Notes under the pieces: model-generated
Database searches by the model: none
Told to the model about the DNA's origin: nothing
The model's input: only the letters and a program-made list of their open reading frames with translations
IMG/VR virus record: IMGVR_UViG_3300033075_001711
Direction: 5' to 3' (one strand)
Length of the DNA: 64,000 bases
From: an uncultured virus (IMG/VR IMGVR_UViG_3300033075_001711)
Lineage: Duplodnaviria; Heunggongvirae; Uroviricota; Caudoviricetes
Translations under genes and position numbers: made by a program
Part shown: positions 23,962 to 35,148 of the stretch, piece after piece
How the letters are laid out: each line of letters starts with the position of its first letter
How positions within the stretch are numbered: position 1 is the first letter of the stretch

Positions 23962-25237
23962 TTTACTATGAGATTCTTAACTGTAAGAAAGTTCTATTTC
24001 TTTAGGTTTTCCTGTAATAGGATCAAACCTAATTACATTTTCTTTAAAATATTTATATTCAGGTTTAAAACTCACCCCATAAATAATGTGTAAAATTGCC
24101 ATCACATTCTCCTTATTTAATAAACTCTAGCCCAATAATTTCTTTTGTAATTTAAATCATATTTAAACATAATATGTGTTTTTTGATCATTTAATGTGGT
24201 TATTTCGAAATAAAAATCATTAATGAAATCAATTCTACATTTATTTTTAGGATTTTCAATTGGAAATATTACATCTCCTATTGAAATATTTTCGGCTCTA
24301 TCGAAAGCAAAAAATCCTTCTTTATTAGCAAAATAATTAAATCCTGTGTAACCATGAATATAAAATATTCTTTGTTGAAATTGGATATTGAATTTCTTTT
24401 TATCCTGTTTTAAATCAAATTCTCTATCACTAAAAGAAGCACCACATTTATCACAATCATTACATTCTTTTATAGTATATTCACAAATTGGGCAAGGGTA
24501 TTTTTTTATTGGAAATTTTTTATTTAAAAAATACACCGTAGCTATAGAAATCAAATAAACACACCAAGAGTAAAATTCCATAGTAACTCCATATAAATCC
24601 TGTTTATTTAAAATATATTTTCTAGTGAGCTTAAAAATTCAATTAGAGTATTTAATTTTTCTTTTCTAACATTTCCAAGCCAAGTAAAACCTAAATATGC
24701 TTCATCATCAACTGCAAAAATATCACCATGTCCCAGCAGAGATCCTAAAAATTCAAACGGAACACAATTAACATCTCCAAATTCTTCTTTAAGTAATTTA
24801 AAATCTTTTGGATATTTAAAATTACTTAGTGCGGGTTTAGAATTTAAAAGATCCAAAATTTCTTTAGTTTTTTGTTCATCTTTCTTTTTTAAAATTTCTA
24901 CCTGCCTAATTCTTTCTACCTCATTTAACATTATAGGAGAAAGATCATTTTTAAAAATATTGGCTAGAAACTCTACAGAAAGCATCTCAAGATTAAAACG
25001 ATGTTGTCTTAATTCCATAGCATATTCTGAACACTTTAATACAATTACAAGTTCAGGAATATTTTGATTATATTCAGGAATCGAATATATATTCAAATAT
25101 ACTCTGAAATCATCAAACCCATCTTTTTTCAGAACAAAAGAATCTTCTGTTTCATTATAAACACCCCAACCTGTTTGATTTGCAACCTCAATAATCATTG
25201 TCTTAATTTCAGGAAATGTTTTCATTTTTTCTCCTTT

Positions 25238-25861
25238 TTATTTTCTAATTTCGAACTCAGAATCTGATTTACAGATATTTTTTAATTTCACATACCATTC
25301 AAAATTTTTAATTTTAAACATATGAATTTGTTTATGTTTGTTTAGTTTTTTGGCCTTACATATAACTCCCTCGAATGTCATGCCAGGAAAAATGAAGCTG
25401 TTCACTTGCTCTATTAGTGTTTGATTCACTCTACCATCATAAAGTTTAGGAGTCACATTGTCAAGTAGGGGTTTACACAATTTATAAAAATCTTGTGGGA
25501 GCATAAATCCTTTTTTATAAACATGGATATCAAACAACATAACATCTTTAATATCTGATTCCTCGTGATATCCAGCAAAAGAGTTCGGCCCAAAAAATTC
25601 AAAAAAAGCAGTTACTTCTTCAAACCTATTATCTGAGAATATTTTAGATAAAGGTTCAGAGTATTTGTTTAAAAACAATTCTGGAATTTTACCAAAAACT
25701 GGATCAGAGTTATCCACTAATCTATGTCTGGTCCCAAATTTAGAAAAACCTTTCTTCCTTGTCCAGGTACTTCTGCCACTAGACCCATCATATTTAGGCT
25801 GGACTATATAATCTTCATCAAAACAATATTTATTATCAGATATTGAAGGATATTCAATCAT
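25238..25861 (-). CDS. ATP-dependent ligase-like nucleotidyltransferase (probable RNA ligase)
   Basis: YPSI, motif I KYDGS, FGTR, FFEFFG, LFDI, FEGVICK, FKIK. Confidence 0.75.
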   Translation of the reverse strand: MIEYPSISDNKYCFDEDYIVQPKYDGSSGRSTWTRKKGFSKFGTRHRLVDNSDPVFGKIPELFLNKYSEPLSKIFSDNRFEEVTAFFEFFGPNSFAGYHEESDIKDVMLFDIHVYKKGFMLPQDFYKLCKPLLDNVTPKLYDGRVNQTLIEQVNSFIFPGMTFEGVICKAKKLNKHKQIHMFKIKNFEWYVKLKNICKSDSEFEIRK

Positions 25862-26771
25862 TTATATATTCCTTTAAAATGTTTGGATCAACATTGTAAA
25901 ATCCAACATTTTTCCAAACATGGTCTAAAAAACATTTTTCTACACAAGAAAAATTTTTAAATTCATTTTGAAGATCCGACATATCAGAATATACCAAATT
26001 AAAATCTCTTCCTAATGGATCATCAACATATAACTCATAATAAACGTTATTTAATCTAGTCTGATAATCCACACATAAATTTAAATCTAATTTGTGTCCA
26101 ACTATTTTAGCGTAAAGTTTAACAACTTTATATCTTAAATATCCATAAAGAGTGTTTCTATTTATTCTCACTTCTCTTGTATTATATATCATATTAAATC
26201 AACCTCTATTGTTTTTCGCACATTTATTATTTTATGGTTTATTTCAAACACTACTAGTTTAGATAAACGAGTTTCTTCTTTATTTTCGTAATAAACTATA
26301 AGATTTTTTAAATCATCTAAATTTTCACAAACATAGTGGTCTAATATTTGTATTTTTCTATTTTCAAAATCATATGTTGTGGTTGGAACTATCAACATAT
26401 ATTTAAATTTTGAAAGATCTTGCATTACTTCTAAAGATTCAGAAGTTAATAATTTAGCCATTTTTGGACCCTTTGTCAATAATTTCGTGAATAATAATTT
26501 TGTATAAAATATCTGAGTTTAAATATTTTTGCTCTATTTGTTGCCGTTCAATCTCATTGTGCGCGGGTATCATATTTATACAGTGATTATTTTTATATAC
26601 AAAAATCCAGTATTTTGCATTTGCAATACTCATATTTTTTAAAAAATCCAAGTTAAAAGTAAAACTATTTCTATAATGGATATTAGATATTCCATAGGAG
26701 AAAAATTAGCTCTTTTGCGTTTTTGTAGTAGAGAATAAACTTCTTGAGCAATTACACACAAAATGCAGAGT

Positions 26772-29450
26772 TTAATGATTAGGCTCATGGATTTGTTTCC
26801 TTTGAGTGTTAGGGTTCAATTTATTTATGTTTTTAGAGATTAATGCCCCACCTAACATAAATAAAGCAATATCCAATCCTGTTATATTTGTATTTAAAGG
26901 AATATCTTTATTTGGATCAATTACATTTATCGGTGTCCCAACAATTTCTAAAGGTTTATTTTTAGTTATTTGATCTATAACTAGATTTTGTAAATTTGTA
27001 ATTTTATATTTTTTATTTTCATATGTAATGGTGTTATTATAACAATCAAATTCAATTCCAGGAAATAAATCTCGAAATTTTTCTACATTCAATTTATCTA
27101 TATAAATATATTGTAACTCTTTTAAAAACTCATGGGCTGGATATTCATACCATTTTCCATACCCATTTTTACCATCTAAAGAGTAATCTGAAAAAGGATT
27201 TTTTGCTTCTAAATTATATGAGTTATTATTTCTAGAAGTAAGAATAGTTATGTTATAGAAGTTAGAACTTTTTTTATCTATTTCATCTATAAACAGAAAC
27301 ATTTCTTTTGATTCGTGTCCAAATATTTTACCAACCCTATTAGGTGTTGTATCTATTTTTAGATTTGTTTTTATATTTGAGATTTGATTTTCATTTCTAA
27401 AATTAAATGTTTTTGATTCTACTATATCGATAAAATCTTTTTCTGATATTTCTACATATTCTTCTAATAATTCTTTTTCAGCTACAGGATATGCGTAAAT
27501 TCCTTTATTATCAGTGACAAACCCTTTAGTTGAAGATGCTAAAATATCTGAAAAATATCTTTTATCTGAAAACGAATTCCAGTCATCTAAAATTTTAAGA
27601 TACATACTTTTAGAATTTTTGTGCTCAAAAATTTTACCAATAAATTTATCTTTATTTCTAATAGGCTCTGGAAAGAATATTTGTTTATCATATATTGACA
27701 AACGAATATTCTTTTTAAATTTCTCTTTTACTTCTTCTGGCACACTATATGTTGTATTTTTATCTGCTAATGTTTTATAAATGTGGTCCCATTTCAAACC
27801 TGTATATTTTAAAATATTTGTAATAACTATATTTTGTGGAGGATTTTTAGTAATTAATTCTGCAAATTCAGAATCAGAAAGTATTTCAAATTCATTAGAT
27901 GAATACCCTGTAAAACTAACTTCTCTATATTTTTCTCTTATTAGAGAATTACACGCTAAAGTTACATATTTTCCTTTAACATTATTTGGGTTACTAGAAT
28001 CCACCTCTGTAAGAAACAAATACTCTTGTTTCCCTTTAAGCACAACAATTTTATTGGTATAATCAATTGATTTAGGACCAATTATATTTGTTATTTCGGG
28101 CTCAAATTTAAGTTTATTCCCATCCACAAAGATTGTTTTAGTGTCGGGAAAATATTTAAAATCTGAATGAATTTTTAATATTTCTTCTATATTTAACACA
28201 GAAATTTTATCTAATTTATTTAATTCACTAAACATAGTCTCTATAGAGTATTTAGATCTAAGATTATCAACATGCTCAGTGATTTTAAAAAATTCTCTAT
28301 TTTCCTTATCTGATAAAACTGTAACGTTAAAAATATCAGGATTATTTTCAAACTCGTTTTCTATTTTAACAAATAATCCTGAAGAAAGTCTAGCTATTTT
28401 ATAATCTCGTTTAAATACTTTTAAAAGGTTTAAAGTATCCCAAATTTCATTTAAAATTTTTCTTTTTTGTTTGAGAAAAAGTTTTTTATTATTAGGCAAT
28501 TTTAAATATAAATCCCCATAATCCCATCCGGCAGAGATATTTTTAAATTTACAAATTTCTTTTTCATTTAAATATTCAAAAACAATATCTGAATCTACTA
28601 CACTCTCTAAAAAACTAGATATAGATATAGTTTCTGCATTAATATCCTCTAGATTGATTTTAAAAACATCCCTATCATCTAAATTTTCCATTTCTCCCCA
28701 TCTATTTTTTTCACTTCCTATTACCTGAGCATAAATGGTTTGAGTTTTACAATCTATGTTTAGTATTTTAAAAAACACATTTTCATTTTTATGTTTAACA
28801 ATACTATCTTTTATTAGGAAATTTGTTTTCTCATCAAAATCAAAAATATTTTTGATTTCTAAAGGCAATTGATTTTTTAAATCTGGATTTTCTTTAAGAT
28901 ATTTAGGAGTAAGTGCCTCACCCTTTAAAAATTTAAAACAATTTATATCTAAATTTTTATCATATTTATCTTGTTCTTGAGCTTTATCCTCAACAAAAAT
29001 AGTTCGACTATATTTTTCTTTCTCTTCTACATAAACTGATTTTGCTAACCAAAAAACATTTTTGTAATTATAGTTATAATGATCTCTAATTACAAATGTC
29101 CCATATTTGGACATATGTTTTTCAAAACTCTCAATATGTCTTTGCCAAATATCTGTTATCTCTGAATCCACATAATTAATATTTTCTTTAAAAGCTAGAT
29201 ATTGAATTGCTTCATCTAAATTATCAACTTTAAAATAATTGAATCTTCTGTGATCCCGTTCCATCTTTAAAATGTTTTTTTGAAGTGGAACTTTATAAGT
29301 TAAAATAGGAATAAAAATTAAATTGTTAGAATTTTCTGGTAAATCTGTAATTTTATAGATTCCCGGCCCACAGAAATCCATTTCATCATATGAAAAATAA
29401 TCTCCTACTTTCAATTCTTTAGGTGGAAAAGATCTATCATAACAAATCAT
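26772..29450 (-). CDS. Large SH3/KOW-like repeat protein with C-terminal hydrophobic tail
   Basis: 892 aa; recurring modules (LKVGDYF, FIGKIFEH, RVGKIFGH); tail LDIALFMLGGALISKNINK. Confidence 0.7.
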   Translation of the reverse strand: MICYDRSFPPKELKVGDYFSYDEMDFCGPGIYKITDLPENSNNLIFIPILTYKVPLQKNILKMERDHRRFNYFKVDNLDEAIQYLAFKENINYVDSEITDIWQRHIESFEKHMSKYGTFVIRDHYNYNYKNVFWLAKSVYVEEKEKYSRTIFVEDKAQEQDKYDKNLDINCFKFLKGEALTPKYLKENPDLKNQLPLEIKNIFDFDEKTNFLIKDSIVKHKNENVFFKILNIDCKTQTIYAQVIGSEKNRWGEMENLDDRDVFKINLEDINAETISISSFLESVVDSDIVFEYLNEKEICKFKNISAGWDYGDLYLKLPNNKKLFLKQKRKILNEIWDTLNLLKVFKRDYKIARLSSGLFVKIENEFENNPDIFNVTVLSDKENREFFKITEHVDNLRSKYSIETMFSELNKLDKISVLNIEEILKIHSDFKYFPDTKTIFVDGNKLKFEPEITNIIGPKSIDYTNKIVVLKGKQEYLFLTEVDSSNPNNVKGKYVTLACNSLIREKYREVSFTGYSSNEFEILSDSEFAELITKNPPQNIVITNILKYTGLKWDHIYKTLADKNTTYSVPEEVKEKFKKNIRLSIYDKQIFFPEPIRNKDKFIGKIFEHKNSKSMYLKILDDWNSFSDKRYFSDILASSTKGFVTDNKGIYAYPVAEKELLEEYVEISEKDFIDIVESKTFNFRNENQISNIKTNLKIDTTPNRVGKIFGHESKEMFLFIDEIDKKSSNFYNITILTSRNNNSYNLEAKNPFSDYSLDGKNGYGKWYEYPAHEFLKELQYIYIDKLNVEKFRDLFPGIEFDCYNNTITYENKKYKITNLQNLVIDQITKNKPLEIVGTPINVIDPNKDIPLNTNITGLDIALFMLGGALISKNINKLNPNTQRKQIHEPNH

Positions 29451-29461
29451 AATTTACCTTT

Positions 29462-30301
29462 CTAATTAAACTCAGACATCTGATCAGGAAACATTTCATT
29501 TAACATTGAAAATAAAATTTCAACATCACAATTATATCTAGAATAATTAGTGTAGCTGCCATAATAGCCGGACTCTGTATAACTATCTATTTCAACAGAA
29601 TTTCCCCATATTTTTTTATATTGAAGAAAAGTGAGATCAGGTTTAATTTCCCCCATTAAAGAATCAAATTCTTCCCAAGTACTCGGAGCTTCTGAACCTG
29701 AAGAAACTCCCCTATCTCCCCAACAATTTCCCCACTCTCCGCCTGTAGACCACGGACTAGAATAAAAATGGAATTTTTTATCGTTATCTGAATCCTCGTT
29801 ATTTAATTTAAATTTGTCAATAAACAATTGGAGATTAGATTTTTTAACAACATCATGTAATTCCAAAGATAATTTTCCTTTTGATTTTAATTCTAAAATA
29901 TTGGGAATTTCTAATTGGATATGTTGAATATCTATGACTGCCGCCTTTCTCCTTCTATAGGTATCATTAAATATACATGTTTCAATATCAGGTTGCCAAT
30001 AATGGAAAACAATTTCAGTGTCTGATTTAATTTTATCTTCTAAAGTATCTATTAACCATTGGTATGATTTATTTGTAACAAACAATCCATCCAACACTAA
30101 ATTTTCCATATAATTATAGTCAAAATTATATGAAAGAGTATACTCTAAATCTTTTTTAGCCTTATATTTATCGCAATCAATAATTACATTTTTAGAGCCG
30201 TGTCTTCTAGAAAACCAATCTTTTTTATCTATTCCATAATTTTCTTTCGCCCAAGTTGTTTTTCCGGAGCCTGGTAAACCACAAGTAATATGAACTTTCA
30301 T
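29462..30301 (-). CDS. P-loop kinase (AAA_33/PNK-like) with an extra C-terminal domain
   Basis: ITCGLPGSGKTTWAK Walker A, IIDCD, VLDG. Confidence 0.75.
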   Translation of the reverse strand: MKVHITCGLPGSGKTTWAKENYGIDKKDWFSRRHGSKNVIIDCDKYKAKKDLEYTLSYNFDYNYMENLVLDGLFVTNKSYQWLIDTLEDKIKSDTEIVFHYWQPDIETCIFNDTYRRRKAAVIDIQHIQLEIPNILELKSKGKLSLELHDVVKKSNLQLFIDKFKLNNEDSDNDKKFHFYSSPWSTGGEWGNCWGDRGVSSGSEAPSTWEEFDSLMGEIKPDLTFLQYKKIWGNSVEIDSYTESGYYGSYTNYSRYNCDVEILFSMLNEMFPDQMSEFN

Positions 30302-30304
30302 TTT

Positions 30305-30646
30305 TTAATACCTTTCCTCATAATTACAGTCTTCACAATCGTATTCTTGGAGTGCAGTCATATTGACAACATCACAATCTTTACCTCTATATTTGCATCC
30401 ATGTTCTATACAACAATGAGAAGTATGAACGTTTTTTAATTTTGGATCTATGTATGTAAATATTTTTTTCAAATCTGTCCTATATTTTTCTAAATTTAGT
30501 CTTCTACATACAGGGCAAACCCAAACAATATTTTTATTAAGTGTATTGATGCGTAAATCTGAATTTTTTAGTCTTAATTCAGATTTACAAAATTCACAGT
30601 TCCTTTCAAATTTATTTGGATTTCTTTTTACTACTATTTCTATCAT
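30305..30646 (-). CDS. Zn-ribbon hypothetical protein
   Basis: CEFC...CPVC and HCCIEHGC...CEDC. Confidence 0.6.
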   Translation of the reverse strand: MIEIVVKRNPNKFERNCEFCKSELRLKNSDLRINTLNKNIVWVCPVCRRLNLEKYRTDLKKIFTYIDPKLKNVHTSHCCIEHGCKYRGKDCDVVNMTALQEYDCEDCNYEERY

Positions 30647-33282
30647 TAGATTTCCCCTTTTATTTCTTTAACAGGATTTGATTTAAGATATTTATTACTT
30701 TTTATAACTAACCAAGAGGCTAACCCAGCTAATCCTAGATTCCATAAATTTATAGGCTCTTCTGTTATATTTTCGGCTATTTTAAAATCATAAGTATATT
30801 GAAAATTTATATACGCATATTTTTGAGTTCGGAGTAAGTGTTTAACTTCATCTTCAGAAATAACTTTATCTATTTTTAAATCAGATGTTTCATTAGATAC
30901 TCTAGCTATTGGATCATAAATAGTCAGAAGGTTTATTTCAGATTCAATAGGTAAAAATCTAAAAATATCTCCATTTTTACATAACACAAAATCTCTGGGT
31001 TTAATATTGGAGGTATTTTTAGAAGCAATATAAGCTATTAAATTTTTATCATAATTTTCCCACACACAATTTAATACATCACATTCATAAATAAAAGTAT
31101 TCATCTCTAAAAAAGATCCAAACTCATAAATTCTATCTAATTGAGATATGGAATCAATATGTTCCTTTAATCCAGGCTCTTTTGAATTTTTAGTCTGAAA
31201 CATTTCAGCATAAAATTTATATGTATTATCTTGTTTGGAATAAATTAGATAGTTATATTTTCTAGGATCACGAAATAAATAATATTTAATAGGCGGGTTT
31301 TCTGCTGTTGATTTTTCTGTTTGTTCTAAAATCTTTTTTATGTTGTCAACAGAAAATTTATTGTGTGTTCTATACACATCTAAATCTTTAGATATTTCTA
31401 TAGTTTTTGCAGCTTTATTTTTAGGGTGTAAAGTAATATTTGAATTAAATGAAACAAATTCTAATTTTTTAGACTCATTAAAACTATCAAAATCAATAAA
31501 TTTTAATTTTTCTTTGTTCTCATCAATAAAATCAAAAATCTCTATGTCTGACATTGGAGATAAATTTTTATCTTTATAGAGATAAAAAGATTTGAGATTT
31601 TTTGTATGTTGTGATAAATGATCCGTTGTTGTGGCAATAATTTTACAATCATAATTATCTGCATCAAGTACTTCTAGTAAATATTTTTCTTTGTCTATAT
31701 CTAGAACACAAAAATCCTCATTTTTAAGTTTTAATTCGATTTTTGGTAAAACATTTAAAGGAATAGTTTCAACTATTTCAGGAATTTCAAGTTGTAGTTT
31801 CTCAGGAAATTTTTCTATATATTGTTTAATCGGCTCAACAAACTCCCCATCTTTTATTTCATAGCTTTTTTCTTTATTACATATTTTAAAATTCCCTTCT
31901 TTAGTTTTTAAAATTGAAAGGTCTTTTACTGTAGACAACAACAAATTAATATCAATACTTTTAATTCCTTTTGTTTTATTCATTCCATCTAAAATTTTAT
32001 TAGATGAATCTTCTACAGAAATACATAATTGACTTAATTCATACTCTAAATTTAATTGATGAAACATGTCTGAATATAAACATTTCCCATAAATATCGTT
32101 TCCAATTACTTTTGTAATAAAATAAGTTCCATAAGAATTTTTAACAATTTTACCAAAATATTTGTGTTCATTAATATATTTATCTAGTTTGGAATTTAAT
32201 TGATATAACTTTTTATTTAATTTAAAAAATTTTTCGCCCCATAAATTTGAAACAATTTCCAAATTTTTATAATGTTTGAGAAGTAAATCTACGTCAATAA
32301 ATTGAGGTTTTCTTGAGTCTGTAGATGTAAGAATATCAAATATATCTGACTCACTTTTAATTTGGAGGGCATTATCTTTAAAATACAAAGTATATTCTTC
32401 ATCTTTGACACTAATATCTCCTCCTATATTAGCTAATACACATTTTCCTAAAATAGTATTATCAGATATTTTAGTAATTTCATATATAGAACAATCATTT
32501 CCTACAATATCTCCAACTTTAAATTTGGAAACAAAATCTTTTTCTATCATTTTACTTAAAAACCCTTTTTTAACAGGTTTAATATAGCCACAGTTCTCAT
32601 GAAAAATGGTTCCGTTTTCCACTACTATTTTTGAATTTATAGACTTCATTACATCTAAATTTAGATATTTTAATTGCCCTGTTTTGTCTAAATTATCAAT
32701 GTATTTAAACATTCCTGTAATACTAACTAATTCGGCTTTTAAATTTTTAGAAATTTCAAAATTTTCATTTTGATTTCCAGGTAATTCACTTGCAATTACA
32801 TTAACATAAATTTTATTGTTTTCTATTTTAGATACTGTAAAACAGGTAAATTCAGTTGTATAAATATTACCAACTATATAGTGACTAGGGTTAAACTCTA
32901 AATATTTTTTTATTTCTGTTTCTAGTAAACTGTTAGGTTTTGGGACATAACTGATCATGTCAAAATTTATAGCTGTTGGATTTTTTTCACTAGATAAATT
33001 TAAAAAAATATTTCTATGTAAATTAAAAATAGCAGGCAAATCAACATATTTTAAATTTTTAGTTACTATAAATTCTAGAACATCTTCAATACCACACTTT
33101 GTTCCAGCCCCAACCATATTTTGAATTGGAACTTTATGTTTTGAAGCATCATCCACAGGTGCCCCAGAAGCTAAATACTTTAGAAAACAATCCCCGGAAT
33201 CTTCAATATCTTCTAAAGTGTATACACAAAGATCATTTTTGTAAATTTTTCTCATTTTCTTTTCCTCTACTATAAGTAGCAA
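30646..33282 (-). CDS. Large SH3/KOW-like repeat protein with C-terminal hydrophobic tail (likely start at MRKIYKND)
   Basis: About 870 aa; modules IVGNIY, FKVGDIV, YFGKIV, IKPRDFV; tail LWNLGLAGLASWLVIKSNK. Confidence 0.7.
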   Translation of the reverse strand: MLLIVEEKKMRKIYKNDLCVYTLEDIEDSGDCFLKYLASGAPVDDASKHKVPIQNMVGAGTKCGIEDVLEFIVTKNLKYVDLPAIFNLHRNIFLNLSSEKNPTAINFDMISYVPKPNSLLETEIKKYLEFNPSHYIVGNIYTTEFTCFTVSKIENNKIYVNVIASELPGNQNENFEISKNLKAELVSITGMFKYIDNLDKTGQLKYLNLDVMKSINSKIVVENGTIFHENCGYIKPVKKGFLSKMIEKDFVSKFKVGDIVGNDCSIYEITKISDNTILGKCVLANIGGDISVKDEEYTLYFKDNALQIKSESDIFDILTSTDSRKPQFIDVDLLLKHYKNLEIVSNLWGEKFFKLNKKLYQLNSKLDKYINEHKYFGKIVKNSYGTYFITKVIGNDIYGKCLYSDMFHQLNLEYELSQLCISVEDSSNKILDGMNKTKGIKSIDINLLLSTVKDLSILKTKEGNFKICNKEKSYEIKDGEFVEPIKQYIEKFPEKLQLEIPEIVETIPLNVLPKIELKLKNEDFCVLDIDKEKYLLEVLDADNYDCKIIATTTDHLSQHTKNLKSFYLYKDKNLSPMSDIEIFDFIDENKEKLKFIDFDSFNESKKLEFVSFNSNITLHPKNKAAKTIEISKDLDVYRTHNKFSVDNIKKILEQTEKSTAENPPIKYYLFRDPRKYNYLIYSKQDNTYKFYAEMFQTKNSKEPGLKEHIDSISQLDRIYEFGSFLEMNTFIYECDVLNCVWENYDKNLIAYIASKNTSNIKPRDFVLCKNGDIFRFLPIESEINLLTIYDPIARVSNETSDLKIDKVISEDEVKHLLRTQKYAYINFQYTYDFKIAENITEEPINLWNLGLAGLASWLVIKSNKYLKSNPVKEIKGEI

Positions 33283-33463
33283 AAACCAATCTACCTATTT
33301 GTCCACAAGAAATTCCTAAAAGCATGTATAAATTTAATGTGTTACCTTCTGTAAAATACCCTACAATAGATATAAATGAAAATAGTTCTGGTAAGGCAGG
33401 GGCTTTATCAGTAATAAAGCCCATAAAAAATCCCACACAGAACATAAAGATTTTAAAAAACAT
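33233..33463 (-). CDS. Small membrane protein
   Basis: 76 aa, mostly hydrophobic. Confidence 0.5.
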   Translation of the reverse strand: MFFKIFMFCVGFFMGFITDKAPALPELFSFISIVGYFTEGNTLNLYMLLGISCGQIGRLVFATYSRGKENEKNLQK

Positions 33464-33469
33464 ATTTTT

Positions 33470-34669
33470 TCAATCTCCAATCACAAATTGATTAGCTATA
33501 TCTACAGCTTCTTCAGTATTTAATAACCCGTGCCCGTACATGATATTTGGATATTTATATCCTTTTAATTTAGAAGTAGTAGAATATAAACAATATTTTA
33601 TGATGCTAGGTCTAGTGATTCCTAGCCCCATAATTAAAGCTACGGTTGCTGATACGTGTGGCGCAGCCATAGACGTTCCGGCCTCGTAAAGATATAAATT
33701 TTTGGATAAATCAAGGTAATCTACAGTGTTTTCGACAATCCCGTCACGTCGATTGTCTGAATTTAGATCTGCATCTAAATCACCTCCTGGAGCTACAATA
33801 TCTAATTGTCTTCCCATTGAACTATACCAAGTATGTCTATTTCTTACATTAGTGGCTCCAACAGAAATTACTTCAGAATATTTTGCTGGGTATGTTAAAT
33901 TTCCAAATGGATTATTTCCAGCCGCACAAACTATAATAATTCCACGTTTACTAGCATATTGAATAGCTTTATATAGTTCATAGGAATCTTCTTCACCACC
34001 TAATGACATGTTAATAACATTAACTTTATATTTTCCAGATCTCCAATTACTAGCAAAATAAATTCCAGCCGCTACTGAAGAGTAAGACCCGTTTCCTGAC
34101 CTATCTAAAACTTTCACAGGTAATATTTTTATACCCGGAGCTATTCCCACTACTCCTTTATTATTGTGAGGTTGAGCTACAATTGTAGAAGTGACATGCG
34201 TACCATGACCATGATCGTCATTGGCGTGCCTATCCCAATTTATAAAATCGTAACCTTGAAAAAAAGAATTTTTATTTAAATCTTCAGCTTTGTAATAGTT
34301 TTTAAAATTTTCATAGGCTACTCCAGTATCTAAAACAGCTACAACAATGTCTTTCTGACCTGGAACTTTTTCTAATAAACTGTCAGGGTCTGCATGAATA
34401 TTTTTTAGGTTCCATTGATATTTATAATAAGGATCATTATAACCTAAAATAGTAATTGAATGATCCGGCTCTTGACTAGAGATTAGTGTGGAATAAAGTA
34501 ATTTGTTTGAAACATAAATATTTTTATGAATCTGTTTTAATTCCGCACCAGATCTCTCTAAAAAACAAAGTTGTGAATAAGTAGGTTCTTGTTTAAATCT
34601 AACAATATATGTATCAGCAAAAACAATATTTATATTTAACAGAAATAAAACAAATAAATTTTTTAACAT
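33470..34669 (-). CDS. Secreted subtilisin-like S8 serine protease
   Basis: Signal peptide ending VFA-D, prodomain, VAVLDTG, HGHGTHV, AAGN, GTSMAAPHV. Confidence 0.95.
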   Translation of the reverse strand: MLKNLFVLFLLNINIVFADTYIVRFKQEPTYSQLCFLERSGAELKQIHKNIYVSNKLLYSTLISSQEPDHSITILGYNDPYYKYQWNLKNIHADPDSLLEKVPGQKDIVVAVLDTGVAYENFKNYYKAEDLNKNSFFQGYDFINWDRHANDDHGHGTHVTSTIVAQPHNNKGVVGIAPGIKILPVKVLDRSGNGSYSSVAAGIYFASNWRSGKYKVNVINMSLGGEEDSYELYKAIQYASKRGIIIVCAAGNNPFGNLTYPAKYSEVISVGATNVRNRHTWYSSMGRQLDIVAPGGDLDADLNSDNRRDGIVENTVDYLDLSKNLYLYEAGTSMAAPHVSATVALIMGLGITRPSIIKYCLYSTTSKLKGYKYPNIMYGHGLLNTEEAVDIANQFVIGD

Positions 34670-34787
34670 TTAATTTATCTCCTTAAACTAGAGCACAAAA
34701 TTTCTTCATTTGTGATTCATTCCAGAAAATTAGAGTTTTATTTGTTACCCCATCTGGGTATTAATATTTGATTTATATAAAATATAT

Positions 34788-34910
34788 GTAGCATCACTTT
34801 TTAAAGTTTGCTACACTAGGGATGGTTCAGCCCGAAGTTAAGCTTGTGGAGAGTTACAGAATTCTGAGAAACAAGAAAGGAACATCCGGAATGAATAAGT
34901 TTCCTAGAAC
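34788..34910 (+). ncRNA. Orphan IS607 TnpB omegaRNA-like scaffold
   Basis: 20-nt identity (AAGCTTGTGGAGAGTTACAG) and colinear similarity to the right end of the 38.5-39.9 kb element, ending TAGAAC; no adjacent tnpB. Confidence 0.7.
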
Positions 34911-34964
34911 AAAAACACCATTGCACTATTTACATGTGTGTTTAAATTTTTACACAATATTTTT

Positions 34965-34999
34965 AATGCCTTCATAATATGAAGGCATTTTGTTTTTTT
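34965..34999 (+). terminator. Intrinsic terminator-like hairpin
   Basis: AATGCCTTCAT-AAT-ATGAAGGCATT followed by TTGTTTTTTT. Confidence 0.6.
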
Positions 35000-35035
35000 C
35001 ATATCACAATTCTCCTGTGTTAGGTTGACTATTAT

Positions 35036-35064
35036 GTTATACCTCTTGATTCATGGTTTGTCAA
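35036..35064 (-). promoter_or_regulatory. Sigma70-type promoter, back-to-back with a plus-strand TTGACA at 35070
   Basis: TTGACA-17 nt-TATAAC. Confidence 0.75.
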
Positions 35065-35148
35065 GCCTCTTGACAAAAATGTTTTTTGATATTAGGTATA
35101 CTGTAATTAGTTTTATATTGGTAAATTTTAGATGAAGGAGAATATTTT

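Larger units (their letters stand above)
22028..23983 (+). mobile_element. IS607-family insertion sequence (tnpA serine recombinase + tnpB)
   Basis: Overlapping tnpA/tnpB on the strand opposite the flanks; TG(T) at both junctions; no terminal inverted repeats. Confidence 0.85.

Noticed and set aside
21713..24102. IS607 splitting one long gene that is restored on excision
   Set aside because: Rejoining at the shared TG gives an immediate TGA (ELSYT-stop), so the flanking ORFs do not fuse
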